Source: an uncultured delta proteobacterium
Lineage (GTDB): Bacteria; Desulfobacterota; Desulfuromonadia; Geobacterales; DSM-12255
Direction of reading: 5' to 3'
Assembly (NCBI GenBank): GCA_963787125.1
Contig: CAWBBV010000001.1
Span: 1 to 64,000 of the forward strand
Length of the DNA: 64,000 nucleotides
The notes below the pieces were generated by a model. It worked only from the letters and a program-made list of their open reading frames with translations. It did not search any database and was not told the origin of the DNA. Shown one piece after another: positions 39,301-49,264 of the stretch. Numbering within the stretch: the first letter of the stretch is position 1; each line of letters opens with the position of its first letter. The position numbers and the translations under genes are program-made.

Positions 39301-39524
39301 AAGGCCATATCCGGCATGGCTGCATCCATAGCCGCTCTGGTGATTACCGCAACAGTCTCGACGGCAAACTGCTCAGCCAGCAGGCGGATGTTGGTTGCGG
39401 AGCGGGGAGGGTAGGCAAATCCAAGCCCACTCAGGAATTCAATCAAAACCCTTTCATTGTCCCCTTCAAGATCAGGGGTGAGCGCTGCCTGCAAGGCAGC
39501 CTGAATATCCAGCATCGGGTTCAT
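36345..39524 (-). CDS. glnE: Glutamine synthetase adenylyltransferase/removase
   Basis: Two MGK.GG.ELN..SD.D NT domains; [21 protein letters not shown] motifs. Confidence 0.96.
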   Translation of the reverse strand: MNPMLDIQAALQAALTPDLEGDNERVLIEFLSGLGFAYPPRSATNIRLLAEQFAVETVAVITRAAMDAAMPDMALNNLERISSVVPAEQLHTIYNQPLRLAQLLNLLGSSPFLTNIICRDPAAFTNLFIGNEIDLVRSEAGMITALRAQLPSDIGFTELFQQLRCFKYREMLRIAARDLGGLAPLEEVTAELSALAAAALQVACEITRKTLILEHGIPRLTECGSEADLTIFAMGKFGGRELNFSSDIDLIYFYTGDLGETSGVSDGENGVKGKISLHTFFVKQAEMITKAMSQVTEDGFVFRVDLGLRPEGKGGDVALSLRSAEVYYELWGQSWERSAMLKARAVAGSISLGEDLLKRLDPFIHRKYLDYNLIEDMMAMKKKIDASLARELEGEYNIKLGRGGIREIEFFIQALQLVYAGKNPKLREKNSLKSLRILQEAQLISAEDCQLLSNAYRFLRTVEHRIQVVQERQTHNLPKKDEEYLALARRCGYLSPDGAERFRTELEQHRVNVSSIYGNLFLSRDKKLKEDVLPEIYHFFDRNADPDILKDMLAERRFCNVDSAYEHLLLLRDGPPRAHLTERAYRILEKIGPPLLQEIFASPDPDMAMTNLERFLCAVGSRSTFYALLAENREVLKLIVSLFGMSEFLSKIFIGHPELLDSMVARTLASSYKEYKVMAEELGLMLHLAGNFEERLDVLRRYRHEEFLRIGMNDIYGKLGQTEIATQLTTLATACLNAACAIARQELSRFGRPLYVDSAGNEHEADFAVIGMGKMGGMELNYHSDLDIIYIYDHKGFTDGVKQISNHEYFAKLGQKIIMILTTQTREGYVYKLDTRLRPSGNAGPLVTSLDSFKAYHRDEAQVWERQALTKSRVVLGGDTLKEGIEEIIRHTVYGFSADDAVKSEIHRLRMRMENEIARESAGSYNIKTGRGGMVDVEFIVQYLLLKHGHSMPEIRSKNTLTALKSIQTAGIMGENDCDTLLTGYKFLRRLENRLRIVHDNSINDLGGAKELLDMLARRLGYDPKLRHPGETLMKEYEEITEGIRGVYERILGNAADDR

Positions 39525-40561
39525 TCCCCGGTCAGGGCTTTAAGCCCTGCCTGGTAATCGCCGCGGACGACGCCTCTTTCGGTAATAATTCCGGTAATGT
39601 AGCGTGCCGGGGTCACATCAAAAGCTGGGTTGCGGACAACCACCCCTTCAGGGGCTATCCGAACCCCGCGCAGGTGAGTCACCTCGGAGGAGTGGCGCTC
39701 CTCAATTGGTATCTCATCACCACTCTGCAGGGTCAGATCGAGGGTCGAGAGCGGCGCTGCCACATAGAACGGGATCCGGTTCTCTTTGGCCAGCACCGCC
39801 ACGCTGTAAGTGCCGATTTTGTTGGCTGTGTCGCCATTGGCAGCAATTCTGTCCGCACCGACAACAACACAGCTTATCTCACCTTTCTGCATGAAATAGC
39901 CGGCCATGTTGTCAGCAATGAGTGTTACCGGGATATTGTCTTTCATCAGTTCCCAGGCGGTCAGCCGGGCCCCCTGCAGCCACGGGCGGGTCTCATCGGC
40001 AAAGACCCTGATATTCTTCCCGGCTTCATGGGCGGCGCGAATGACACCGAGTGCCGTACCGTACCCGGCAGTGGCCAGCCCACCGGCATTACAGTGGGTT
40101 AAAATTGTTGTCCCCTCCCGGATCAGCGTCGCGCCATGCCTGCCGATAGCCCGGCAGATCTGCAGATCCTCCTGTTCAATGCTGACAGCCTCGGCTTTTA
40201 AAAGCACGCGAATTGAGTTGATATCTTTATCTTTGTTGGCCGCGGCGACCCGTTTCATCCTTTCAATCCCCCAGAAAAGGTTAACCGCAGTAGGTCTGGT
40301 TTTGGCCAGAACGTCGCAGACATTATCAAGTTGGCGGAAAAATGATTCATGGGTGTCGGCAATGATGTCGCGTGCCCCGAGTGCAACCCCCATTGCCGCT
40401 GCAACGCCTATCGCCGGCGCTCCGCGGATTATCATCCCCTTTATTGCTTCCGCAACACCCTGGAAATCATCATACTCGTTATAGATCTCTTCAGTCGGCA
40501 GCCTGGTCTGATCAATCATGATTACTTTGTCGTTACGCCACTCGATTGTTCTGAAAGACAT
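39521..40561 (-). CDS. mtnA: Methylthioribose-1-phosphate isomerase
   Basis: [44 protein letters not shown]. Confidence 0.96.
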   Translation of the reverse strand: MSFRTIEWRNDKVIMIDQTRLPTEEIYNEYDDFQGVAEAIKGMIIRGAPAIGVAAAMGVALGARDIIADTHESFFRQLDNVCDVLAKTRPTAVNLFWGIERMKRVAAANKDKDINSIRVLLKAEAVSIEQEDLQICRAIGRHGATLIREGTTILTHCNAGGLATAGYGTALGVIRAAHEAGKNIRVFADETRPWLQGARLTAWELMKDNIPVTLIADNMAGYFMQKGEISCVVVGADRIAANGDTANKIGTYSVAVLAKENRIPFYVAAPLSTLDLTLQSGDEIPIEERHSSEVTHLRGVRIAPEGVVVRNPAFDVTPARYITGIITERGVVRGDYQAGLKALTGE

Positions 40562-40799
40562 GTTGGAGTCCTTTAGTAAGTTAGAAGTATTTTCTCCGGT
40601 TTCAGGCAAAAAAATTACTACGTTAAGGCACTTATCCTGTTTATCAGGCTACCGTAAAGTTGATGTCTGCTCCGCAGGTGCAAAGTAGTGAATAGTAGCA
40701 AAAAGAGGCGGGTTAGTGAAACCTGTTTTTTTAAAGCAGATTTTAAGGGCTGAAAACGAATGGCGTTCAGGGAGATAGATTCAATGCAGAGCAGACAGA

Positions 40800-42038
40800 T
40801 CAGGCAGTCAATTTCTCACAGCAATTTCTGTTGTCGGCAGTCACACCATGGTTCATGTTGCTACTGAAGGCAAAAGCCCCGACCAGACAGACAATGCCGG
40901 CCAAAAACAGGGTTTGCGGTGTTCCGAGTCCGGTGGAAAGCGCCCCGGCCAGATAGCTCCCCAGCGGTGCAGCACCAGTAAAAATCATGGAATAACAACT
41001 CATCATTCTCCCCCGTTTGCTATCTTCGCTGACGGACTGCACATATGAAACAGAGGCCGCCATCAGAACCATCATACAGGTGCCAATGACAGAGACTCCA
41101 ACCATTGCCTGGAGCAGATTTTCTGAAAATGACAGCACGATAATGCTTAGTCCCAGCAAGGCAGTTGCCGCTGCAAGCAGTTTATGCAGCCCTTCATTGC
41201 TTCTCCTTGACCCGAAATAAAAAGTTCCGCCCAGAGCACCAGCTCCCGATGCAGTCAGCAACAGTGCATAGGTGCCGGCCCCCCCCTGCAGTAAATCCCT
41301 GGCGATCACCGGCATCAGGATCGTACAGGGCCAACCGGCCAAACAGATCAAACCATAAAGTAAAAGAACGTTTTTAAGAGGTTTATAGCTCAGAGCGTAT
41401 TTTAGCCCCTCCTTCATTTCCAGGAAAAACCCGTTGTTTTCGGGTTTATTGGTCACAGGCAAGTTTTTCATCATTAGCAATGCCAGGATGACGGCAAGAT
41501 AACTCGCACCGTTGCACAGAAAGCAGAGCCCTTCTCCACTGCGGGTCATGATAATCCCTGCAAGGGAAGGGCCGATCAATCTTGCGCCGTTGACAATTGT
41601 GGAGTTAACCGCCACAGCACTGCAATAGTCATTTTTGTCATCGATAAGTTCAATCAGGAAAGCCTGCCGAGCGGGCACCTCGAATGCGTTGATCAAGCCG
41701 AGAGCACTGTTGAGGAGGATGATTATCCCTACCGTAAGGACCCCTGAATAGTTGCAACAGGCAAGCAGGAGCGCCTGCAAAAGGCAGAGGAACTGTGCGG
41801 CCAGCACGGTGTGATAGCGATTCCAGCGATCAATAAGCACGCCTGCCACAGGAGCAAGCAGCAGCGATGGGGCAAAACCGGAAAGCGCCACCAGTCCGAG
41901 CATTAAGGCTGAACCACTCTGCTGATAAACGATCCAGGGGAGGGCAATCCTCTGCATCCAGGTACCGATGAGAGAAATCCCCTGGCCGATAAAAAACAGC
42001 CTGAAGTTCTTGCCGCCGAGAGTACGAAAAATTCCCAT
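40800..42038 (-). CDS. MFS transporter
   Basis: NFRLFFIGQGISLIGTWMQ; DRWNR; RGRMMS; 12 TM segments. Confidence 0.9.
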   Translation of the reverse strand: MGIFRTLGGKNFRLFFIGQGISLIGTWMQRIALPWIVYQQSGSALMLGLVALSGFAPSLLLAPVAGVLIDRWNRYHTVLAAQFLCLLQALLLACCNYSGVLTVGIIILLNSALGLINAFEVPARQAFLIELIDDKNDYCSAVAVNSTIVNGARLIGPSLAGIIMTRSGEGLCFLCNGASYLAVILALLMMKNLPVTNKPENNGFFLEMKEGLKYALSYKPLKNVLLLYGLICLAGWPCTILMPVIARDLLQGGAGTYALLLTASGAGALGGTFYFGSRRSNEGLHKLLAAATALLGLSIIVLSFSENLLQAMVGVSVIGTCMMVLMAASVSYVQSVSEDSKRGRMMSCYSMIFTGAAPLGSYLAGALSTGLGTPQTLFLAGIVCLVGAFAFSSNMNHGVTADNRNCCEKLTA

Positions 42039-42043
42039 GATCT

Positions 42044-43780
42044 TTACATCCTTGACAAAACCTTGATCCAGTTCCACGGATTATGGAGTCCGGTATAGTT
42101 GGGAGTGACCTCCTTGTCAACGTTAAGCAGCTTATAAACGCCTATCTGTGCCGACTTGCATGAATAGGAAACCATAAACACCGACTCATCCGGAATTTCG
42201 GTGTACTCACCCAAAAATGCAAGATTTGTGGAACCTTCAGGGACAACCGGGGGTCTGTCCCCCGTGTTCCGGGGAAGGAACATGCTGGTGACGTAGGGGA
42301 GCATGTAGGGAACGCTGGTAGTTGTTTTCAATATTTCCGGCAATTCTTTCATGAAGCCGAATTGGTAACTCATTTCAGTCAATAACTCTTCGCCGTTGCA
42401 TTCACTCATTTTCTTCTTTACATAATCCCCTTCCCTGTCCACGTAGAGGCCATAGGCCATAAATATGGTCGTGTCTTCATCCTGATTTTTCACGAACGGC
42501 TGCCAGGGGAGATGAATAATCAGATTCCAGGGCGATTCGGTAAATATCACCATATGTTGTTCGCCGAATTTCTTGTTCTTGGTGAACTTCATGATTAAAT
42601 TCTCCAGCAGTTTTCCTCTGCTGGTCAGGTTGAATACCACGAATTTAGACTGGTCAATTTTGCTGGTGAAGTTCCCCGGATTACCAAGATCCGGCTGTTT
42701 TTTCAGGATGTTCTCCCACAGTGTCCAGGCACCATCAACCTTGGTTCTTACAGTCTCCGGAGCCTTTTCCATGGTCCCTTCCCTTGAATCGGCTGTCTTT
42801 GAGCCGATGGTGACAAAGGCAAAATCACCTTGCTTAACCGTAATCTCTTCATTTTTCCCATTCCGGATAAAATGGATCTTCTCAACCGTCTTTTCCTTGC
42901 CACCAGGCTTGAAATCGATATCCGTCACTTTGCAACCCATGTGAAAATTGACCCCCTGGTTGCCAAGCCATTTCAAGGTCGGAACTACTACCGATTCATA
43001 GGTGTTATAGGTTGTATTCCAGCCGGACTTTTCAAGGTCGGCAATGGTATCCAGATCAAAAAAATAGTTACGGAGATAGCGCCGCATTTCACTGAGGCTG
43101 TGCCAGGTATCAAAGCCGAAGATGGAAGCGAACATATGCCAGAATTTGGTTTTGAAAAATGAGGGCTGAAAGTATTCATCAATCCTTTTTCCCTGAAAAT
43201 TCTCCTCGGAGGTCAATACCAGCTTGAGAAAATCGTAGCGGTCCGCAAAGCTCAAGCGGAAGTCAGTGTGATCGATAATCAGTTGCTCTTTGCCGACCAG
43301 TCTTGTTATGGAATTAAGCTTATGGGCCGCACTAAATTCGGACATTTCATCATAAAGGTTCTTTTTGGGCTTAAAGTTATTGTACTCCTCACTGGTTTTT
43401 ACCAGTTTTTCCAGTTCGACCTGATCGTCAAGGGAGGGGATCCTGGCGAGAAAATCAAAGTAAGCCTGATGGGCAATATGATTGACAAGCCGGGCGCCAC
43501 GGGCCGCATAAGGCTTTTTCTGAGTGCCGCCCTTGGAATCCAGCGCTCCCCCCGCGACGCTCAGTTCTTCAAGGATATGGATATTTTTACCCGCAACCTT
43601 GCCGTCCTGGATTGCGTAGACTGCGGCAGAGAGTCCGGCCAGGCCGCCACCGACAATATAGATCTTGCTGTCCGGGGTTACCGGAGGGATTGTGACAGCA
43701 TTGCCACGGCTTACTGGAAGCAGAAAGATGCTCGTCAGTATAAGCGTCAGTGGAAACGTCCTTAATTTAAAGTTATTCAT
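42044..43780 (-). CDS. Oleate hydratase (MCRA/OhyA) family FAD protein, atypical active site, N-terminal signal-like extension
   Basis: IVGGGLAGLSAA..I.D, HSLSEMRRY, YNTYES, MLPYVTSMFLPR..GDRP.VVPEGSTNLAFLG. Confidence 0.85.
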   Translation of the reverse strand: MNNFKLRTFPLTLILTSIFLLPVSRGNAVTIPPVTPDSKIYIVGGGLAGLSAAVYAIQDGKVAGKNIHILEELSVAGGALDSKGGTQKKPYAARGARLVNHIAHQAYFDFLARIPSLDDQVELEKLVKTSEEYNNFKPKKNLYDEMSEFSAAHKLNSITRLVGKEQLIIDHTDFRLSFADRYDFLKLVLTSEENFQGKRIDEYFQPSFFKTKFWHMFASIFGFDTWHSLSEMRRYLRNYFFDLDTIADLEKSGWNTTYNTYESVVVPTLKWLGNQGVNFHMGCKVTDIDFKPGGKEKTVEKIHFIRNGKNEEITVKQGDFAFVTIGSKTADSREGTMEKAPETVRTKVDGAWTLWENILKKQPDLGNPGNFTSKIDQSKFVVFNLTSRGKLLENLIMKFTKNKKFGEQHMVIFTESPWNLIIHLPWQPFVKNQDEDTTIFMAYGLYVDREGDYVKKKMSECNGEELLTEMSYQFGFMKELPEILKTTTSVPYMLPYVTSMFLPRNTGDRPPVVPEGSTNLAFLGEYTEIPDESVFMVSYSCKSAQIGVYKLLNVDKEVTPNYTGLHNPWNWIKVLSRM

Positions 43781-43847
43781 ACAAAACCCCTCTGTTAGTG
43801 TTCAATTGCGGTATATTTTTGTAGCTTCGAGCGGCGATAATCCAATC

Positions 43848-45422
43848 TCAAGCCGTTACGGCATCAAAGGTATCAGCGGTCACGCCGGTAGATTTCAATT
43901 CCGCCTTTTTGATCCTGAAAGTCTCAGTTCTGGGAAAATCGTCCACCAGCCGCAGATACCGCGGGATACAAAACCTGGCGAGCTTGCCCTGGAGAAAATC
44001 CCATAGCTCCTTACCAGTAAGGCTGTTGCCATCCACAAGCTTGAATGAGGCCATGATATTGTCTTCGGTCAACTCCGAGGGGACAGCATATACCGCTGCT
44101 TCCAGTACGTCAGGATGCTTGAGAATGGCCTGTTCCACCTCATAGGCAGACACATTCTCCCCCCTGCACCTCATGGAATCCGTACTGCGGCCAACGAAGT
44201 AGACATATCCCTGATCGTCCTGATACATCAGGTCACCGGTATATTCCCATTCACCCCTGGTTTTTTCTCCCGATGCATCCGGATTTTTATAATACTCGAC
44301 AGAACTTTTCCTGGTCGTGTCTATCTTGAACAGTAGCTCTCCGGTTGAGCCGGCCGACACATCATCCCCCTGGTCATCAACAAGCTTGATAATGGCGTTC
44401 ATCGGCTTGCCGATGGAGCCCTTTGGTCCGTCACCGAAATTGGCAATGGATCCTGAGCCGTCAACTGCTGCATAGGCCTCCCATATTTTCACCTTGAACC
44501 TTTCCTCGAACGGTTCCCACATGTCCGCTGGACACCCTGCTGACAATACCTTCTCCACCTGATGGCTCTTTTCAAAAAGGCTCCGGGGCTGTTTCATCAG
44601 GATCGGAATGAGGGCGCCGATGGTATTGAATATGGTGGCCTTTGACCTGGTCACCTCTTCCCAGAAACTGCTGGCGGAAAACTGTTTGGACAGCGCCACC
44701 CTGCAGCCCACTATCAACGCGGAGGTGACGGTAACATAGAGCGCATTACCGTGGAACAGTTGCAGTGAGGTGTAATATACGGAATCCGGGGTGAGAATTA
44801 TGGCGGCAAGCATCTTGAGGCGATTAATGACATTTTTGTTGTAACGCATGACCACCCCCTTTGGCAGGCCGGTTGTGCCGGAGGTGTACATGAGCATCAG
44901 GATGTTATTCTCGTCAAAGTCCACGACCGGTTTAGTTGTGGAGATATCCTTACTGAACTGGTCCTTGAGGTCGATCATCCCGGCGGGAACCTGAAAACCG
45001 GCTGGCGCCTCCATGGTATTAACGATTACCCTCTCCAGCTTTGGAGTTTTGTCGACAACGCTCGTGAAGATATCGATCAGGTCGTAATCAACGACCAGAA
45101 ATCTCGTGTCACTGTTGTCGATGGTGTAGGCAAGCTGGTCGCTGCGCAATGAAGTGTTGACCGTGTTGACGTACATGCCAATCTTCTGGACACCGAAAAA
45201 GATGTCGAGGAACTGTGACGAGTTGTTCATCAGGGTTGCGATGCCATCGCCCGGGGCTCCTCCGAGCTTCAGGAGAAAGTTGGCGGTCCTGTTGGCGTTC
45301 AGGTCCATCTCGGCGTAACTGATATAGCGGTCCTGATGGACAATATGGAGAAATGGTTTATCTTTCAGTCTTGCCGACTGTTCTTCCAAAAGGGCAGCCC
45401 AATTGTTAGCAGTTGTAATCAT
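43848..45422 (-). CDS. Acyl-CoA ligase (CaiC-like AMP-binding)
   Basis: YTSGTTGLPKG, YTGD, RCRGENVS, PRTETFRIKK. Confidence 0.9.
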   Translation of the reverse strand: MITTANNWAALLEEQSARLKDKPFLHIVHQDRYISYAEMDLNANRTANFLLKLGGAPGDGIATLMNNSSQFLDIFFGVQKIGMYVNTVNTSLRSDQLAYTIDNSDTRFLVVDYDLIDIFTSVVDKTPKLERVIVNTMEAPAGFQVPAGMIDLKDQFSKDISTTKPVVDFDENNILMLMYTSGTTGLPKGVVMRYNKNVINRLKMLAAIILTPDSVYYTSLQLFHGNALYVTVTSALIVGCRVALSKQFSASSFWEEVTRSKATIFNTIGALIPILMKQPRSLFEKSHQVEKVLSAGCPADMWEPFEERFKVKIWEAYAAVDGSGSIANFGDGPKGSIGKPMNAIIKLVDDQGDDVSAGSTGELLFKIDTTRKSSVEYYKNPDASGEKTRGEWEYTGDLMYQDDQGYVYFVGRSTDSMRCRGENVSAYEVEQAILKHPDVLEAAVYAVPSELTEDNIMASFKLVDGNSLTGKELWDFLQGKLARFCIPRYLRLVDDFPRTETFRIKKAELKSTGVTADTFDAVTA

Positions 45423-45463
45423 AGTGTCTCCTTCTATTTAAGGTAGTTTGATAAGTGCGGCGG

Positions 45464-46531
45464 CTATTTCAATTTAGGCAGGCTCAAGCCGCCATGGTCA
45501 ATGGTCTTGAAGAACTTTGAAAAGCCATAACCTGATTCAAGACGAATCGCTTTTGACGGACAGATAGCCACGCAATCTCCACAGGCCATACAATCAGACC
45601 CGGCTTTCATGGCAGGCTTATTCTCCTTCATCACTATGGAACAAGCCGGACAGATCCGTTCACAGGTTCCACACCCGTTACAGTTGCCATAATCAAAGCG
45701 CAGCTCTCCCCAGCTGGTCTGGGCAGGATCCGTGTAGTCCGGGATGGTGAACCTTTCGGCAAGACTGATTTCAGCAGCAGTGCCGCTGCAGTCGGTAACC
45801 GTTTTCTCACCATTTTCGTACCAGTCTACCCGATGGGTTGACCGCTCCACAAAGCCATCGGGGTTCCCCGCAGGCCAGCCGATGGCCAGGCTGGAAATGA
45901 ATTTGTAAGGGTATTTGATGCCAAAGCGCTTGTTCCATTTGAAGCCCGGATAATCGAAAGCCACCCTGGAAAAACTTACCCAGCAGGTTCCAAGCCCCAT
46001 GCTGTGTGCTGCCAGAGCCATGTTCTGGCCGGCTATACCGCAATCAAGGTCAGGATTGGAGACACCGCGGCGGTCCTTGAAGATCATGATGACTGTCGGT
46101 GCTCCATGGTAGAGGGATAGCCTGCCATCAGCAATGAGGGGGATAGCGCCGAAGGGGACAGGGTGGAGTTTCGCCGGCATCAGCAAGGTGAAGAGCTTTG
46201 CCAGCGGCAGTTTCCAGGAGTTGCCGGGGGTGCGGTACTCCAGGAATGCCTTGAAAAATCTGCAGATCTTGACAACCGATGCTGTGAGTTCACTGATTAT
46301 CCGTGGTTCCCTGATCACAACAAATTTCCAGGGTTGGCAGTTCCCGGCAGAAGGGGCAAATCTGCCGGCTTCCAGAATCCGCTTCACCAGCTGTTCGGGA
46401 ACCTGCTCCTGCTTATACCAGCGGACGCTTCTTCTCTTCAGGATGGTCAACTCCGTAGCGGTGAAGTTCTCCTGAACATGTTTCAGGGATTGGCCGGCAC
46501 CCTGGGTCTCCCCCATATTGTCAACTAGCAT
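45464..46531 (-). CDS. Nitroreductase-family flavoprotein with C-terminal 2x[4Fe-4S] ferredoxin
   Basis: RRSVRWY, APSAGNCQPW, AHSMGLGTCW; CNGCGTCERICP and CMACGDCVAICP. Confidence 0.85.
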   Translation of the reverse strand: MLVDNMGETQGAGQSLKHVQENFTATELTILKRRSVRWYKQEQVPEQLVKRILEAGRFAPSAGNCQPWKFVVIREPRIISELTASVVKICRFFKAFLEYRTPGNSWKLPLAKLFTLLMPAKLHPVPFGAIPLIADGRLSLYHGAPTVIMIFKDRRGVSNPDLDCGIAGQNMALAAHSMGLGTCWVSFSRVAFDYPGFKWNKRFGIKYPYKFISSLAIGWPAGNPDGFVERSTHRVDWYENGEKTVTDCSGTAAEISLAERFTIPDYTDPAQTSWGELRFDYGNCNGCGTCERICPACSIVMKENKPAMKAGSDCMACGDCVAICPSKAIRLESGYGFSKFFKTIDHGGLSLPKLK

Positions 46532-46925
46532 ATTTTTCACCTTTATCCCTGCGCATGGCTGCCAGAAACAAGACTGTCCAGACAAGATCAACAAGCGCGG
46601 AGAAAAAGCCGATGAGCGTAATTTCTTTAAGCAGGTAGAGGCTGCCCAGGGTGAAAAAGATGATCAGCTTGGCGAGGCATCCAGTCCATATTACCGCTTC
46701 GTTTCTGTCAGGATCACGGGATACCAGATAGTAACCGATGGCGAAAACTGCCACTGCTACCCAGAAGAAGGCAAAGAAGGTCAGGGGCACGACTCCTGAT
46801 ATGGCGGTTTTTGAGCCGAACAGCAGCCAGAGGGTGGTCTGCGGCATTATCAGGCCGGTCAGGGCAAACGCCATGTTCCAGAGCGCTCCCAGAAAATAGA
46901 TTGTCTTACGGGTTTTTATCTTCAT
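46521..46925 (-). CDS. Small 4-TM membrane protein
   Basis: Four hydrophobic segments, coupled within the operon. Confidence 0.65.
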   Translation of the reverse strand: MKIKTRKTIYFLGALWNMAFALTGLIMPQTTLWLLFGSKTAISGVVPLTFFAFFWVAVAVFAIGYYLVSRDPDRNEAVIWTGCLAKLIIFFTLGSLYLLKEITLIGFFSALVDLVWTVLFLAAMRRDKGEKYAS

Positions 46926-46938
46926 GCGCGCAGCCCCC

Positions 46939-47766
46939 CTAAAGGCCCAATATTTTATCCAGAATCCCCCGGGCATGGAGGAAAGCGTTAAGCCTGAAAT
47001 AGGTGTTTGGCGCCATCCTCTTCAGAAACCACAAGATTTTGGCATCAGGTTGAGGATGAACGTACAGCCTGTTCTTTCTGATCGCCCTGCAGGTCGCCCG
47101 GCAAACGCTTTCCACCGAACCGAACGCGAACTTGCTGAAAAATGAGTCCGCCATCCTGAAATGACGGTTATCGGTACAACGCGCCCGGCTCATAAGATTT
47201 GACTTAAAGAAGGTCGGGCAGACAACTGTCACGCCGATATTGCTGCCGCTTAACTCAACCCGGAGTGTCTCTGACAGGGAGATGACGCCGGCTTTCGTAA
47301 CATTATAAGGGGCCATCTCCGGCAAGGAACAGATCCCGGCAGCAGATGCCGTGTTAACGATATGTCCCCACCCCTGTTTTTTGAAGATTGGAATGAACGT
47401 TTGACAACCGTAGATGGCACTCATGAGCATGACATCAATCTCGAACCGCCAATCCTCCAGGGACACCTTCTCCATGAACCCTAATACCGGCACACCGGCA
47501 TTGTTGATGACGATATCAACCGTGCCCCATCTGGCAAGCACGGTTTCGGCAAGGGCTTGCACCTCTGCCGGGTTTGTAACATCACAACAGACGGGAAAAC
47601 CCTGGCCACTGCCGTTCATGAGCTGGACCGTCTCGACGGCACTGGCGAGATTGATGTCGCTAACCGCAACTCTCCAGCCCAGGCGGGCAAATTCCAATGC
47701 GAGGCCCCGGCCCAGGCCACTGCCAGCGCCGGTGATAACCACCGTCCTTGTTTTGAAACGGTCCAT
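46939..47766 (-). CDS. Short-chain dehydrogenase/reductase
   Basis: TGAGSGLG, NNAG, TAS, YNVTK. Confidence 0.92.
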   Translation of the reverse strand: MDRFKTRTVVITGAGSGLGRGLALEFARLGWRVAVSDINLASAVETVQLMNGSGQGFPVCCDVTNPAEVQALAETVLARWGTVDIVINNAGVPVLGFMEKVSLEDWRFEIDVMLMSAIYGCQTFIPIFKKQGWGHIVNTASAAGICSLPEMAPYNVTKAGVISLSETLRVELSGSNIGVTVVCPTFFKSNLMSRARCTDNRHFRMADSFFSKFAFGSVESVCRATCRAIRKNRLYVHPQPDAKILWFLKRMAPNTYFRLNAFLHARGILDKILGL

Positions 47767-47789
47767 AAACCACCCCTTATCTTGACTGA

Positions 47790-49052
47790 TTAACCTTGCT
47801 GCACCCTTTCCAGAATATGGATAGTCATGGCCGCCTCTTCAAAGGCGAGACTCCCCCCGCCATTTTGCCCGAGTCCCAACCGGCACCCTTCAACCTGACG
47901 CGGTCCGGCCTCATGGCGGAGCTGGGTGACAAGCTCGTGGATCATGGCCAGCCCGGACGCGCCCACCGGATGGCCGCGCGACTCCAGCCCCCCGGAGGTA
48001 TTCAGCGGAATTTTACCGCCAAGCTTTGTTGCGCCGCTTTCGGCAAAGAGGCCACCTTCACCCGCCTTGCAAAAGCCCAATGACTCACATTGATGCAGCT
48101 CACCGAAGGCAGTGGCATCGTGGACCTCGGCAAGATTGATATCTTCAGGACCGACTCCCGCCGCATTGTAGGCCTGCAGGGAGAGCCTCGCCCCTATGTC
48201 CAGCTCAAGCCGGTCGTGCTTCCGGTTGGTGCCGGAACCGAGGATTGATGCCCGGATCCTGACCGGACGCGGATTCTTGAGTTTCTTCAAAAAATCTTCA
48301 GAGCAGACAATGGCAGCAGCGGCTCCATCACCGACAGGAGCACACATCGGCACGGTCAGAGGCCAGACCACCGACTTGCCGGCAAGAACTTCTGCAACGG
48401 ACATGTCTTTCTGAAACTGGGCATTGGGATTCATGGAGCCATGGTAATGGTTTTTGGCTGCGATGACGGCCAGCTGCCGCTGAGTGGTGCCGAAAGTGGC
48501 CATGTGCCATCTGACCGCGCAAGCGTAGACATCCATGAAGGCACTTCGGGACAAACCGGCTCCCGAGCCGGCGTCATCAGGGGGAATGTCGAGCTTCACT
48601 CCCGCCATGATCCCATGCAGGGCCAGCATCTGTGCCTGCATGTTGGCGACATCTATCCCCGAATTAAAAGCCATAAAGGTTTTTGCCTTATCCTCGCTAT
48701 ATATTTTTTCCATGCCGATGGCCAGGGAGCATTCGAACATGCCGCTGGCCACATCCTTGTAGGCAGAATGGAGTGCCGTGGAAGCAGAGGCGCAGGCGTT
48801 CTCCACATTGGTGACGGGAATCCCCTCGATCCCCAGGGGACGCAGCGCCACCTGACCTTTTATGGAATGCTGCCTGTTAAAGAATCCCCAGGCGGTATTG
48901 GCAAAAAATGCCGATTGGATGTCACCGACCTTGATTTCCCCTGCATCTTCCATGGTTCGGTAAAAGGCGTCTGCCACAAGCTCCTTTTCGGTGCGCTCCA
49001 AATGCTTGCCAAAACGGGTGGTACCGGCTGCAACTATATAAACATCCCGCAT
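47790..49052 (-). CDS. Thiolase family protein (SCP2/SCPx type)
   Basis: VENACASA, EVHDA, GHPVGASG, QNGGG; AAAGGAG RBS. Confidence 0.9.
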   Translation of the reverse strand: MRDVYIVAAGTTRFGKHLERTEKELVADAFYRTMEDAGEIKVGDIQSAFFANTAWGFFNRQHSIKGQVALRPLGIEGIPVTNVENACASASTALHSAYKDVASGMFECSLAIGMEKIYSEDKAKTFMAFNSGIDVANMQAQMLALHGIMAGVKLDIPPDDAGSGAGLSRSAFMDVYACAVRWHMATFGTTQRQLAVIAAKNHYHGSMNPNAQFQKDMSVAEVLAGKSVVWPLTVPMCAPVGDGAAAAIVCSEDFLKKLKNPRPVRIRASILGSGTNRKHDRLELDIGARLSLQAYNAAGVGPEDINLAEVHDATAFGELHQCESLGFCKAGEGGLFAESGATKLGGKIPLNTSGGLESRGHPVGASGLAMIHELVTQLRHEAGPRQVEGCRLGLGQNGGGSLAFEEAAMTIHILERVQQG

Positions 49053-49098
49053 CTGATAACTCCTTTTATATTTGCCTGGTTTCGCCTGCCCTTTATAG

Positions 49099-49114
49099 AG
49101 CAAGGAGCATGCCG
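49099..49114 (-). promoter_or_regulatory. Sigma54 (-24/-12) promoter of the thiolase operon
   Basis: cGGCATGCTCCTTGCt: GG-N10-GC with TTGC, about 47 bp upstream of the start; divergent sigma54 activator. Confidence 0.7.
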
Positions 49115-49264
49115 CCTCGCAACTGACTGATATAACTAGGTATATGCAAGCGGGTCAAAGGGTATTGTTTTTATTGAGACACTTTGCGACTTTATTAAGA
49201 CATTCGAGCTTTGCAATAATAGCGGAGTTTGCTATTTTAACCCCCGGCTATCGTGAGGTGATAA

